From: Phoronis australis
Lineage: Eukaryota > Animalia > Phoronida
Assembly: GCA_002633005.1 (NCBI GenBank)
Contig: NMRA01000096.1
Coordinates: 885,691 to 949,690, forward strand
DNA length: 64,000 nucleotides
Reading direction: 5' to 3'
The notes under the pieces are model-generated. The model was given only the letters and a program-made list of their open reading frames with translations, ran no database searches and was not told the DNA's origin. Position numbers and translations under genes: made by a program. Below are positions 39,612 through 64,000 of the stretch, piece by piece; the first letter of the stretch is position 1; each line of letters opens with the position of its first letter.

Positions 39612-40837
39612 GATATTACATTTAACAATTTTATATCAAAGCAAGAAACTTGTGAATAAAGATACAATTCGCCCGTTAGTGGCATGAAATCGGCCACACT
39701 ACAGTTCTTACTGTAACCGCCAGGTAGTGCCCAACAACTTTGAAACCGTCAGCGACTCAGTAGCAAGCGATTTAGTAAGGTTGACCGATCTTAACAGCGT
39801 GAAGTCAAAAGTTGCACAGTAGGCCTACGCATTGCCGGTGACTTACATTGTTAGTAACGAAAATGTATGCATAATCTTGTCATAGTAAGGAATATTTCAT
39901 GTTTTCATTTACCCGGCGACCCGCAAGCTTCAAAAGATCCTCTATGAAAAACTATTAAGAGTCAGTGTACTTTAGACAGATTGTTAGATGGCTCTGCTCA
40001 TGACGCCTATTCCCAATTCCAGTAGGTAAATGCTGCTGTTTGACCATGCATCGTCGTCACACATGAAGCCACTTGGGTCTACTTTTCTTTTAAAATAACC
40101 AATGACAAACAAGTGATTTTGCTTTACAATGAAATGCTTTTAACCACTTGTGGGTTTCCAAACTTAGTTGAAAAGAGGGACAAAATCGCTATCTTGTTGC
40201 ATAACCTCGCCCTAAGTATAGAAATTTGGTGTGTGGAAACAAGCACGAGGTCTTACCGAAAAGCAGGTGAATTTCCGTTGTGCAGCAACTCGTTGTCACC
40301 ATGACGGCAAGAGAAGATGGGCATGATTTCCTCTTACTTTTTATCTTGCAAAACGTCTATAACAATTCATTTTACTAGCAATGCTTTAATGAAACTACAG
40401 GGCACACAGTAACCCATGTTATACTTTGCACAAACTCGTATTTCACGTTAAGGCTGCATGCTTATTTAAAAAATCGAATGTCATTTGTCTTCTCGACAGA
40501 AAATATAATGAAATGCATAAACAAATAAATATTTTCACTTCACCCAGTAAACATGACGGGCCATGACATTGTGTTCGCACTAGGTATAGTATTTAATTGA
40601 AAGGTTTACTTAAATAATAATGATAATGTCAACAAGATAATAATATATTTTATTTATAGAGATCGTACCCAAGCTAGACAGGGAAGATTTACAAAATAGT
40701 CCTCTCACACACACAAGAACAGCACAAAATTACAATATACTAAAATACATGCAGGGACTAAACTTCGGTGTATATACAAAATGATCGTGAGCTGTTTAGC
40801 AATAGACTTGGATCAAGCCGGGGTCCAATGGTAAGAG

Positions 40838-40902
40838 CGATCTAGTGGGATTTGAACCCACATTCTTTAGATTGGACGTCGGCAACTCTACCAGCAGCCA
40901 AC
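40838..40902 (-). mobile_element. tRNA-derived SINE head fragment (duplicate at ~45177-45241)
   Basis: The minus strand reads gttggctgctggtagag...gtgggttcaaatcccactag, with Pol III A- and B-box-like motifs and no intact cloverleaf. Confidence 0.5.
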
Positions 40903-41528
40903 ATTGCATCCACTAAATATTATTAATATAGCAACGATAAAATTACAAAATATATTTTTAAATTTCAACAACAGTTGAATAACAAAATAATACGGAAATA
41001 ACTTTCAATATTACTGTAAGTATTATTCGAAACAAAACAAACATCAATCACATTAATTAAGTACGGTCTGTTAAACCACCATACGTACAGTTGAAATACA
41101 CGAAGAAGTCGTTCAATTAAAGGGACATTACAGGCGAGATAAGAATTTTTTTGAGATCAGACTGAGCGCCTAATCGAACCTGTAATTCACGTGTTACCAA
41201 ACGCCACGCTGGGGGCCGATCTAAATGCCACTTGATAAATGGCAGAGCATTGTAAGCGTATTTAACAGGTGAAGCAACAGATCTTGATTTGCAGTGAATG
41301 TCTGATAGACAATGGCAAGAACCGGTGATTTGTCATAGAATCACAAAAACATGACGGATTGCGTTTTTTTTATTTATGCAGGGTGCCCGTTAGGCACCTT
41401 CGAAATAGTATCCACCTACTCGCAAGCATTTGATGGAAACAAAACTTATCTCAAACAGGCCTGTAACAAATATTTTGCCCCGAAGTAATTGACACACGAC
41501 CAAATATACTGACTACGTGAAACTGTTC

Positions 41529-43358
<1,830 letters not shown>

Positions 43359-43666
43359 GGTACTCGCGTTGAAAATATGCAAATAGTACGATGTGCAATG
43401 TTTCTTCTCAAGTTTTGAACGCTTTATAAAATGACAACATTTATATACACCTATGCAATCCATAGGTCCACTTCCACGTGTTTCAAGGTACCGTGTGAAG
43501 CCAGTTTGATTATTGACTGGCAGTTCCACCGTGGAACCTGTGACTGAACAGACTCTTTTGTTGTGCAATGAGTGGGATATCCGTGTCACATGATGCTTCT
43601 ATTTTTAGATTCCAGCGGGAAAACTGAAACATCTCAATGCTGTTGCTTTACGAAATTTTAAATATT

Positions 43667-43977
43667 CATAGGCGGATTTAGGGGAGGGGGGCAGAGGCCC
43701 CCTTTTGGCTGCCGCAAGCAAAAATGAAACAGCAACAGCGTGAAGCATGAAGAAATGAGTTCAGTAAATAGGATCAGTATAATGGAGAAGGGGGGGTTCA
43801 GACCCTAGATTGGGGCGGGATCGCGTTTTTTTATTCCAGCGATAGATTTTTCGAACAGGAGGTTCATGCTCCCGACCCCCGCATTCTGCGGGCAGTTTGT
43901 GCACATACACACGCGCTTTGCCCAATTCCCCGAGGCAACGTGTTGCCCCCCCTTATGGTATCCTAGATCCGCCACTG
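43667..43977. mobile_element. MITE family A, 5-bp TSD atatt
   Basis: atatt|cataggcggatttagg ... cctagatccgccactg|atatt. Sits at the junction of the ARF duplication units. Confidence 0.82.
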
Positions 43978-45867
43978 ATATTATATTTAACATTTTTATA
44001 TCAAAGCAAGAAACTTGTGAATAAAGATACAATTCGCTCGTTAGTGGCATCAAATCGGCCACACTACAGTTCTTACTGTAAACGCCAGGTCGTGTCCAAC
44101 AACTTCGAAACCGTCAGTGACTCAATAGCAAGCGCTTTAGTAAGGTTGACCGATCTCAACAGCGTGAAGTCAAAAATTGCACTGTACGCATTGTCAGTGA
44201 CTTACGTTGTTAGTAACGAAAATGCATGCATAATCTTGTCATAGTAAGGAATATTTCAGGTTTTCATTTACCCGGCGACCCGCAAGTTTCAAAAGATCCT
44301 CTATGAAAAACTATTAAGAGTCAGTGTACTGTAGACAGATTGTTAGATGGCTCTGCTCATGACGCCTATTTCCAATTCCAGTTGGTAAATGCTGCTGTTT
44401 CACCATGCATCGTCGTCACACATGAAGCCACTTGGGTCTACTTCTCTTTTAAAATAACCAATGACAGACAGTGATTTTGCTTTACAATGAAATGCTTTTA
44501 ACCACTTGTGGGTTTCCAAACTTAGTTGAAAAGAGGGACAAAATCGCTATCTTGTTGCATAACCTCGCCCTAAGTATATAAATTTGGTGTGTGGAAACAA
44601 GCATGAGGTCTTACCGAAAAACAGCAACTCGTTGTCACCATGACGCCAAGAAAAGACGGACATGGTTTCCTCATAGTTTTTATCTTGCAAAATGTCTATA
44701 ACAATTCATTTTACTAGCAATGCTTTAATGAAACTACAGGGCATACAGTAACCCATGTTATACTTTGCACAAACTCGTATTTCACGTTAAGGCTGCATGC
44801 TTATTTAAAAAATCGAATGTCATTTGTTTTCTCGACAGAAAGTATAATGAAATGCATATACAAATAAATATTTTCACTTCACTTAGTAAACATGACGGGC
44901 CATGACACTGTGTTCGCACTATGTATAGTACTTAATTGAAAGGTTTACTTAAATAATAATGAAAATGTCAACAAGATAATAATATTTTTTATTTATAGAG
45001 ATCGTACCCAAGCTAGACAGGGAAGATTTACAAAATAGTCTTCTCATACACACAAGAACAGTACAAAATTACAATATACTAAAATACATGCAAGGACTAA
45101 ACTTCGGTGTATATACAAAATGATCGTGAGCTGTTTAGCAATAGACTTGGATCAAGCCGGGGTCCAATGGTAAGAGCGATCTAGTGGGATTTGAACCCAC
45201 ATTCTTTAGATTGGACGTCGGCAACTCTACCAGCAGCCAACATTGCATCCACTAAATAATATTAATATAGCAACGATAAAATTACAAAATATATTTTTAA
45301 ATTTCAACAACAGTCGAATAACAAAATATTACGGAAATAACTTTCAATATCACTGTAAGTATTATTCGAAACAAAACAAACATCAATCACATTAAGTACG
45401 GTCTGTAAAACCACCATACGTACAGTTGAAATACACGAAGAAGTCGTTCAATTAAAGGGACATTACAGGCGAGATAAGAATTATTTTTTTTTGAGATCAT
45501 ACTGAGCGCCTAATCGAACCTGTAACTCACGTGTTGCCAAACGCCACGCTGGGAGCCGAGCTAAATGCCACTTGATAAATGGCAGAGCATTGTAAGCGTA
45601 TTTAACAGGTGAAGCAACAGATCTTGATTTGCAGTGAATGTCTGATAGACAATGGTAAGAACCGGTGATTTGTCATAAAATCGTAAAAACATGACGGATT
45701 GCGTTTTTTTATTTATGCAGGGTGCCCGTTAGGCACCTTCGAAATAGTATCCACCTACTCGTAAGCATTTGACGGATACAAAACTTAACTCAAACAGGTC
45801 TGTAACAAATATTTTGCCCCGAAGTAATTGACACACGACCAAATATACTGACTGCGTGAAACTGTTC

Positions 45868-47406
<1,539 letters not shown>

Positions 47407-47887
47407 GGTCGGCCTACTCGATCAGATCGCGTTCAATTCGACGTCCAATGTTTCTTCTCAAGTTTTGAACACTTACCACAAGTGTCACCATTTATATGCA
47501 CCTATGCTATATACAGATACACTTCCACGTGTTTCATGGCACCGTGTCAATCATGTTTGATTATTGCCGAGTGGCAGTTCCACCGTGGAACCTGTGCCTG
47601 AATGGACTTACGCAATGCGTTGGGATATCCTTGTCACGTGACGCTTCTATTTTTAGATTGTAGCTGCACCAGTCATTCGATTATTTTTCGTAAAGTATCA
47701 CGGTGCCGTATAATCGTTTACAGGACAAAAATTTAGATATGCTTGACAGTTTTCTTGCTATCAAACCAAGATATTTGAACATGATAGTTGAATCTAATTC
47801 AAAGTCTCGCTTTATCTCGTTTGTCCGACGTCCAAATCTTCCATCTTCCTGCTTCGATGTTTGAGTGAAAATATTGCGATCTTCATT
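47407..47887. promoter_or_regulatory. Compact head-to-head intergenic region between ARF-like copy B and RAB4
   Basis: Divergent ATGs at 47406 (-) and 47888 (+). Contains E-box-type cacgtg at ~47526 and the palindrome gtcacgtgac at ~47633. Confidence 0.55.
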
Positions 47888-56758
<8,871 letters not shown>

Positions 56759-58820
56759 TGACCCCTTTTGGTGAAAATGATAGCAAGAAGTACAAACGAA
56801 TTGGTGACATACTGTTGAAAGGGGCATGTTATGTAAAGACTGTAAGTTCACTGACAAATGTCAACACCTAAAAACTCTGTAAACCATATCCTGGTGTCAT
56901 AAAACAACTTTTAATTTCAAGCGCGTTTGCTCCTGCCCGCAATTTTCATGGCATTTTGACGTTCTGTTTGAATTGAAGTAGTGACTGTAAAGTGATTTGA
57001 ATTCCCTGTGACGGCTATACAATTATGGCAGCCGAAACTATCTTGCTGTGACAAGCATCCGTAACGAGTCTGGTCTGAAACAATAATGAACTATCCATAA
57101 TGGCAAATAAGTTTAATCATCATCATTATTATTATCATAGGCTTTATTTAACGAGGACAGATTATAAATATACAAAGCATGCTATCATACCGCATGGTCC
57201 TTGATAGTTTAATAAATAAATAAATTAACTAAATGGAAGGAATCAGAAGTTGTTTTTTGACAGGTGTGGGTGTGTTCTGAAGAGTTCAAAGTTTTGATTT
57301 TCAAATTAAGCATTAGTGGGGCAACACTTGTAGCGCCGGTCTTTTGTTGGCTGTACCTGCTCTGTATGTGCATGCATGTTGTAATGTTATCTTGTATGCT
57401 AGGTAGTTACTCAAGTAACATAAGTGAGTCCCTTTAACTATTGTTCAATACGCATGCATTTTTAAGTTAAGTGCAAATGAATGTACAACTGTTTTGACGT
57501 AGACCACTCTTGTGTTCACTTTGTTTCTCTATTTGCCGTGTGTTGATCGTTGTCTCAGTGTAAACAAGTTTAAACCTAACAATGTCGGTTACCTAAACAA
57601 CAGTGTTTTACCTTACTAGTAGTAGCAACATTGGGTTGTCGGGTTGCATTCCGTTACTGTTATTTGTTGAAATTGTTTAAAGAATTTTTTGTTCGACTTC
57701 ACGTGTCTTTTGTCATCTCTGACAATAGATTAATGACTCCTTACTGCAATCTATCGCATTTATATCCACGTAAAGTCTCGTTCATGTTCACAGTGGATTA
57801 GTGCTTTTAGGTGCATTTTTTCAAATGCTATGCTTTTCCCGGATATCATAATCCTTATTTCTAGAAGCTTGATTTTAGATTTCAAGCGGGATTTCTGTCA
57901 GCATGTGCCATTAAAAATAAGTAACGCCCAGATTTTATAACATATGATCTATTTGTCATGTCATATTAATTGATCCTTCATTTGTAAATATCTCATTTAG
58001 ATATCCAAGTTGACTATGTACGACCACAACTAGAATTTAGTGTAAGTTACAGTGTTCAGTATTGGAGCTGCCTGGGTCCTGAGGTTACACTATTTGTGGA
58101 TGCCCAATTTTGGTAAATATTGGCTCACATGATAAGTATAATTTGCTTACTTGTGACTTTGTTTGGCTTCTTAAGTTTTGGCAATAATTACGACGACCTT
58201 CAAAAACAACTGGTTTTCTTTAAGGAGCAGAAACAATAGACTTCACAAGTGTTTGTTGGCACTTTCAGTTGCTTGTTCAAGTTACTATGTTCACTCATTG
58301 ACCTCTGGATCTGCTGTCTTGGGTTTTTGTACTAGAAACTCAACTCGAAAATTGGCCAATTACAAGTCACCCTTCGAGTAAATTTAAAAAATTGTACTCT
58401 AATCATGCAACATGATTGGTGGAATTCAACTTGGGTCAGAGTTCAGAGATTAGATGCTGGATCCTGTTGTCTTGCACCTGAAGTTGAAATTCCTTAACTC
58501 AAGTGTGTGTTTACATCATTACACGAGCTCTCCTATTTGTGTTCACTTTGATTTACTCAGAAATGTACCCTCTGTACTTAAAACAATATTGCGACAACAT
58601 GACTAATACTTGAAGTGCAAGATCAATATTTCTGTCTAGTCAACGTTTTACACTGCGTCCTTGGTAATCATCCCTGCTAATCATCCTTGCAAAACGTTTA
58701 TCTCTGATGGAAAGTGTCCCTAGATTTTTAGCAGGGTTTGTAATTATTCACAATTACATGTAGTAAATGATAAAACCTGTTTGTAATTACCTGTTTGTTG
58801 TTCAAACAAAACTATATAAT

Positions 58821-58982
58821 AATAAAACTTGCAACTAGACTTTTTGAATAAAATAAATCAAAAGTTTGTTGCATCCATGTTCACTTTGATTATGATTGCC
58901 AGATCAGTAGTTGTGTATATACAGTCATGTTACAAAGTATAAAATTATATCGCAAGCTCACTACTGTATTCTGTTATTTATT
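58821..58982. terminator. Candidate convergent polyadenylation signals for RAB4 (+) and CCSAP (-)
   Basis: aataaa at 58821 and 58847-58857 on +, followed by GT/T-rich sequence. tttatt at ~58976-58982 gives aataaa on the minus strand. Confidence 0.4.
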
Positions 58983-60387
58983 CACACATACATGCTACAA
59001 ATAAATACAGTTAAAGGTGTCGTATTTGGTATCCAACATTAGTAGCTAACTTGGATTTGCGCTAAAACAAAAAACATTAAAAATGCTGCAACTGATATGA
59101 TGTTTCATGCCAAGACATAAAATCCCAATTATTTTGAAGAGACTTATTAATTACAGTTGTGTAGAGTACACGTCAATACTCGGATTATGAAGGCTGTCGC
59201 GCTAACTATTATAAAGAACAACCACTAACATTTATGTAAACGGCACTAACAAACTAAAGTACTCCAATCCTGTGCATCTGCTGTGCATTCAAACTCATTT
59301 GGCCCAAAATTTAAAATAAAATTGAGTATCCTCAAGCCATCAATAATTACAAAACAAGAGCATGTCCATTTGAAAGTGTACCCAATTGCCAAAATACCTG
59401 CAGTCGAAACAGTAATGGCAGATACAGCAGAATTTACAACTGTAGATTACTCCACACAAGAGATAATATTTTTAAGAGCGTGAGCAATTTGGAAAAATAT
59501 CTACTTCAAAAGGTGTTGCCAAAAACAACATTTTCTTTTTCATTCAGTTAGTGCATTTGATACGTTTTTACTATACATTTGTCTACAGAACACCTGTCCA
59601 TCAGTTGGCGTAAATGCTGAGCTCTTGATTATTCCACAAGAACAGCGCATTGCAAACTTGCACTCTTTTACTAGTCAACAATTCTAATGGGTAAATGCCC
59701 AGCACAAAATTACAAGTGCGATCAATAACTGGAAACTGCATATCGCGCAATACCTTAATATCATTGATACAAAACTTAAAGCTGTATTTCCTTCCATTAC
59801 AGTGGGTAAAAAAAAAACAACATTGAACTGGGCCATTCACAAAAACTGTCTCCTGATAGTCCTTACCTTGATCGGATTCTATTTCAGTTACCAACAAGAA
59901 CACTGAAACCTTTAGATAATCAAGAAAATGCTCCAGTTGAAGGCAGTTGGTCAATTCTAGAATTAAAAAAGGTACCTGAACGCATTGCTTAAGATGCAAC
60001 TTGGTGACAAAAATGGAAAAGAGAAGACCAGTTTTGTGACATTTTAAGTCTAATTTTGTTTTTCGTCCCACCTAAACAGAATGAAACTGAGATCATTTAA
60101 TGTTGAAAAGGCATGGTTTCTTGTTAATAGTAACAATTCTTTAATTTACAAGACATACAAACGTTTACCATTCCAAAAGTGAAATTTCACTAGATACGAT
60201 AATCTTTCATGGTCTGCATTGAAAATAAGGCTCTAAATTAAGGAACATTCCTATTAACAAGACAAACGTTTCTTTGTGTACAGCCCCACACATCCATAAC
60301 AATTTGAATTACAGAGGTAGGATAGACTATAATTTATTTACATGCATACTACAACATTTTTATACGATAATATCCACTTTTTTGTCG

Positions 60388-61803
60388 TCATAGAGCAGCA
60401 TTGAAAGTTACACCGCCAATTTTTCTGGCTGATATGTTTCTCTCATACTCCGACTTGTCATGGGGTGGATAATGACTACTGTACTCAGTTTCCCAACTGT
60501 CTGTTTGCCTGGCCACGCGTTCATTGAACAATGCTTCCTCTTGAGATATTTTTGATTTTGACGATTTTTTCTGCTGTTGCTGTGATCTTAATTGGATCTC
60601 TGCTTGGCGTCGTTTCTGCGCTCTAAGTGCTGCATTATGGGCCTGCAATACGGATCAATGTTGGGATCACACAGTTAAAACAGGAGACAACCTGTTGGAT
60701 GCCTTGATATTTATATTGGAAAAAGTAAGTCAATGTGAAATTTATGCAAGCAGTGTCAGTAAAGGAGACTGAAATTCGAAACATAATACCGGTACTTTCT
60801 GACACCGGACAATGTTTGACCTTAGCTAAATCAAACAGGACAAGGTTCAAACTTAGCAAAAGATAACAGGCAAGTGCTCTGATTTCATTAACTTCTAGTA
60901 GATTTACAAACAATTCAAGTTTAAGTTTGAAACCAGCTTCTGAACGTGATTTGCTTCAAGTTTGACAACTTACAAGCAAACGTAACGAGGTCAACTTAAT
61001 TTCTAACCAACCTAAAATATGCTAGGTAATGGTAAAAAATAAATTTATTACCAAAGCTCCTGCCTTGATATTGTATGTTCTTTTGTCGCCTGTCTCAATT
61101 CCCCTAAATCCTGTACCATAAGGAAGGAAGGGAATTTGTTCAGGTAGGGCAGCGGGTACCAATTTATCAGGTCTCTTTCGGACTCGTGGTGGCGCCGTTT
61201 TCCTCCTGGGCTTTTTATCTGAAACCAGTAACAATGGAGATGAGAGCAGAAATGTACGTACAGAAAAGGGTTAAATAATGGCACAGTCCGTCCCATCAGG
61301 AAAGTGAAAACATGCTAAGACAAACAAAGGCAGAAAATACCATGAATCATGATCATAAAAACAACAAGCACAGAGGCTAAAAATTAGACAATGTCTTTCA
61401 AAACAAGTCACAGATTTCCTGTGCACCACATTAACCAGTACAAAACCCCCGTTATCATCAACTCACCTGATTTCGGTGTATTAGGTAAAGTTACATCATC
61501 TGCCCAGGTGACAGGTGTCTGATTACACCTGTCCTTCTGTTGCCATAGTGAAGTGTCTCTTCCATCAGGGGTAGTCTCATCTCCTACAGTAGACGAACTG
61601 CTACTGCTACGTACGCTGCCCTTTCCACCACGCGGCAACTTCCTGACATTCCATGTGAACGGGTCGTGAGAATGCCAGTTCTCAAGTTTGCGCCTATACT
61701 CCCGATATCCAACGTTCTCTTGAAAAACCTTGGCTTGGTTGCAAGACAGGATTGAGCGCTTTGGACTGAACTGTTTGCCATATTCTGATTTCCCACCACC
61801 CAT
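60388..61803 (-). CDS. CCSAP: Centriole, cilia and spindle-associated protein (~252 aa). Exons 61803-61467, 61218-61052, 60642-60388
   Basis: KSEYGKQF...YREYRRKLENWHSHDPFTW, PFLPYGTG...TGDKRTYNIKA, AALRAQKRRQ and WETEYSSHY parallel the vertebrate CCSAP blocks (KSEY..., RRLLEQAHAPWLW, PFALYGWG...KTHNV, SALRAKNRRQ, WMTEY) as I recall them. Splice phases 1 and 0 are consistent. Confidence 0.85.
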
Positions 61804-62992
61804 TACACTACTTTAGTTTGGGCTTCAGTGATGTGCATTGTCTGCAAAACAAACAGCCAATATCATTGTCGTCAAGCAGTCATAAACACAAGACGCAGTG
61901 TAATACCAATCCACTGCATCAGTCACAAATTATTTATACTCGATCTACTGACAAAGTATTAGAAAGCAAAAAGCAGATTTGACTTTTTTGCAGCAACGAG
62001 TTTGAATTTTGCACCGATTAATCTGCCTTAGATTTATTCTCGAAAGTTTGAAAATCTATGCTTGCAACTTATAGAGGATTAGGGATTTCTTAAACAAATT
62101 AGCTCATTTTGGACTTCTGGCATCAATGCATTTACATGAAAGTATGGACATGAGCCTTCAGCACATTAAATTTTGTAACCCCCATCAAGTCTGAGTTTCC
62201 TACAGAAATCAACAATGGAAAGGTCACTGACATGGTTTTGCTGTTGAAACAGACAGACATACTAGTAATGAAATCAAAATGCAAGGGTTAATGCAGAATA
62301 AAAGTTTAATGTTATTAATTTGGAAATGTCACTTTGTCTTGTCAGGACACACAAGAGGCAGAGCAACTGGCCACAGTACAGACAACGTTGCTTAAAGTTG
62401 TTTGGAATTGGTTCCAAATAAATGAACCAGAGGCACTCTAACCACCCGCTTACAAGATACCATAGAAGAGTGTCATACGACGAGTACCTGCTAAAATTAA
62501 AAGTGCCTGTGGGTGAATGGGTGAACCCTGTTTCTTGACAACAACTGCTTAACTTTACAAGTGTTGTGACAAGTGACTTCTGATATGACTTAGTCGCATA
62601 AAGCCTCCCTAGTAGTAAACTGCTTGCCATGCGACAATTGAGTGAACAATTTGAACGCTCGGCTCTCATGCAAGCAACACCAGTTCAAGTCTCAGTGTGT
62701 CAAAAGACTTTTCAACATTAGCCCCCAATAACGGTAGTACCCAAGACCAGACCGAACGTCAACACTCCACTCAGGGCATTCCGAAGCAGGGCTCTGCCTC
62801 CAGCAACTTGAGTGGGAATCCAGACCAGAATCAGAGATGTAGCCGACCATAGAATGGAGAGGAGTGTTGTAACACATATCTTTGGGGTGTGAAGCCTTTA
62901 AGTCTATAAATTGCTTGTCAAGCAGTAATTGCCTGAATGGTTTGGATGCTCAGCTCTCTAGCGGGAAACCTCAGTTCCACTTTCTTGGTGTC

Positions 62993-63242
62993 CATAGGCG
63001 GATTTAAGGCCCCCCCCCCTTGGCTGCTGCAGTAAAAATAAAACAGCAAGAGTGCGAGGCAATTAACCAGGGGCTAACACAACATTTTGATGTGTTGAGG
63101 GAATCCCCGTTTTTTTTTAATCCTTCGAATTGATTCTTAGTAGTAGCCATGCTTACCCGAAAGTTATCGTGTTTTGCATGGTTGCCCCAGACATGTTGAG
63201 CCCCCACCCCCTTATGTCCTTATGATATCCTATCTGCCACTG
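62993..63242. mobile_element. MITE family A, 5-bp TSD gtgtc
   Basis: gtgtc|cataggcggatttaagg ... cctatctgccactg|gtgtc. Confidence 0.8.
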
Positions 63243-63888
63243 GTGTCAACAGAATTTTCAACACGACTTAAACTGGGAGTTGAACCGATCATAGGCATTT
63301 AAATGGGAAATTTGGAAGAGAGACAAGACCGAACAAGTATGCCTTGGACATTGGCAATCAGCAACATTTTCTTCTCGTTCTCTTCACTGACTTCACTCCG
63401 ACACTCGTTACTCGACTTGTCGGTGTCGCCGGTCGAAGACAAAACTACTGTCTGTACTTTACCGTTTAATCAAAGTTAGCGAAACGGGTAAGTAAAATTC
63501 AGATAGCTAAAGTTTATACCTGCCGCAGTACCCCGGTTATCTATTGTCAGATAGTGTATCACTGCAATGTGACGCAAACAAATGTTGAAAACGATTCATA
63601 AAACCGCGCTTCCTTGTTTTGAGCTTCAAAATTTATATCACGTGACCGTGCTGGCCTCGGTTTGGTAGAACGTGTGGCATTTGAATAGTGGCACAAAACT
63701 CAAATTACAACAAAATAATTGTTTTGTATCATCTTTTGTTGCAGTTCAGCTCTTTTTATCATAAAAAGAGGAATAAGTGGGCTAAATACACTAAATCTAC
63801 AAATAATCAGTTGACTTTAATTTCCTGTCTTGTCATTGCCTTAGGACAAATAGGACACGGATTTTTGGACGGAGCTGAGGCTACCACT

Positions 63889-63941
63889 ATGACGACTCTC
63901 AGGCCTTTTACTTGTGAAGACATGTTTAGGTTCAATAATGT
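63889..63941 (+). CDS. NAA20: N-alpha-acetyltransferase 20 (NatB catalytic subunit), first coding exon; gene continues beyond the window
   Basis: MTTLRPFTCEDMFRFNN(V) followed by a gtaagt donor. Matches the conserved NAA20 N-terminus MTTLRAFTCDDLFRFNNI. Confidence 0.9.
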
Positions 63942-64000
63942 GTAAGTTCCTTGAAAAAAGAACAGTGAAAACAGGCAGGTCGCCTGTCTTCACATCTGAG

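Noticed and set aside
59601-60071. 156-aa minus-strand ORF
   Set aside because: Lies in the presumptive CCSAP 3' UTR, starts at a non-ATG codon and has no recognisable homology.

Overview
Eukaryotic, intron-rich, AT-rich animal DNA, most likely a bilaterian marine invertebrate (a lophotrochozoan such as a mollusc is my inference). It comes from a draft assembly with three single-N contig joins (9057, 23668, 42735). Genes reconstructed by hand from splice sites: a stand-alone carnosine-synthase-like ATP-grasp ligase (minus strand, 34626-23797, GC-AG first intron, probable 24-nt microexon); two tandem ARF/ARL-family GTPases (minus; one intact, one with a P-loop Gly>Arg change and a gap); RAB4 (plus, 7 exons); CCSAP (minus, 3 coding exons); and the first coding exon of NAA20. 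Two apparent duplications (7.6-11.0 kb and 17.2-28.5 kb) abut N joins and are probably uncollapsed haplotypes, which exposes polymorphic insertions including a 5'-truncated L1/Tx1 LINE. The most striking signal is a Helentron-type non-autonomous element in 3 copies. Its ~450-bp internal repeat carries uniformly oriented, near-consensus CTCF core motifs every ~150 bp, and the copies flank the central ~47 kb in convergent orientation. RAB4 and CCSAP sit tail-to-tail as in human 1q42. No prokaryotic systems, CRISPR arrays or true tRNA/rRNA genes were seen. All identities and motif calls were made by eye, without tools.
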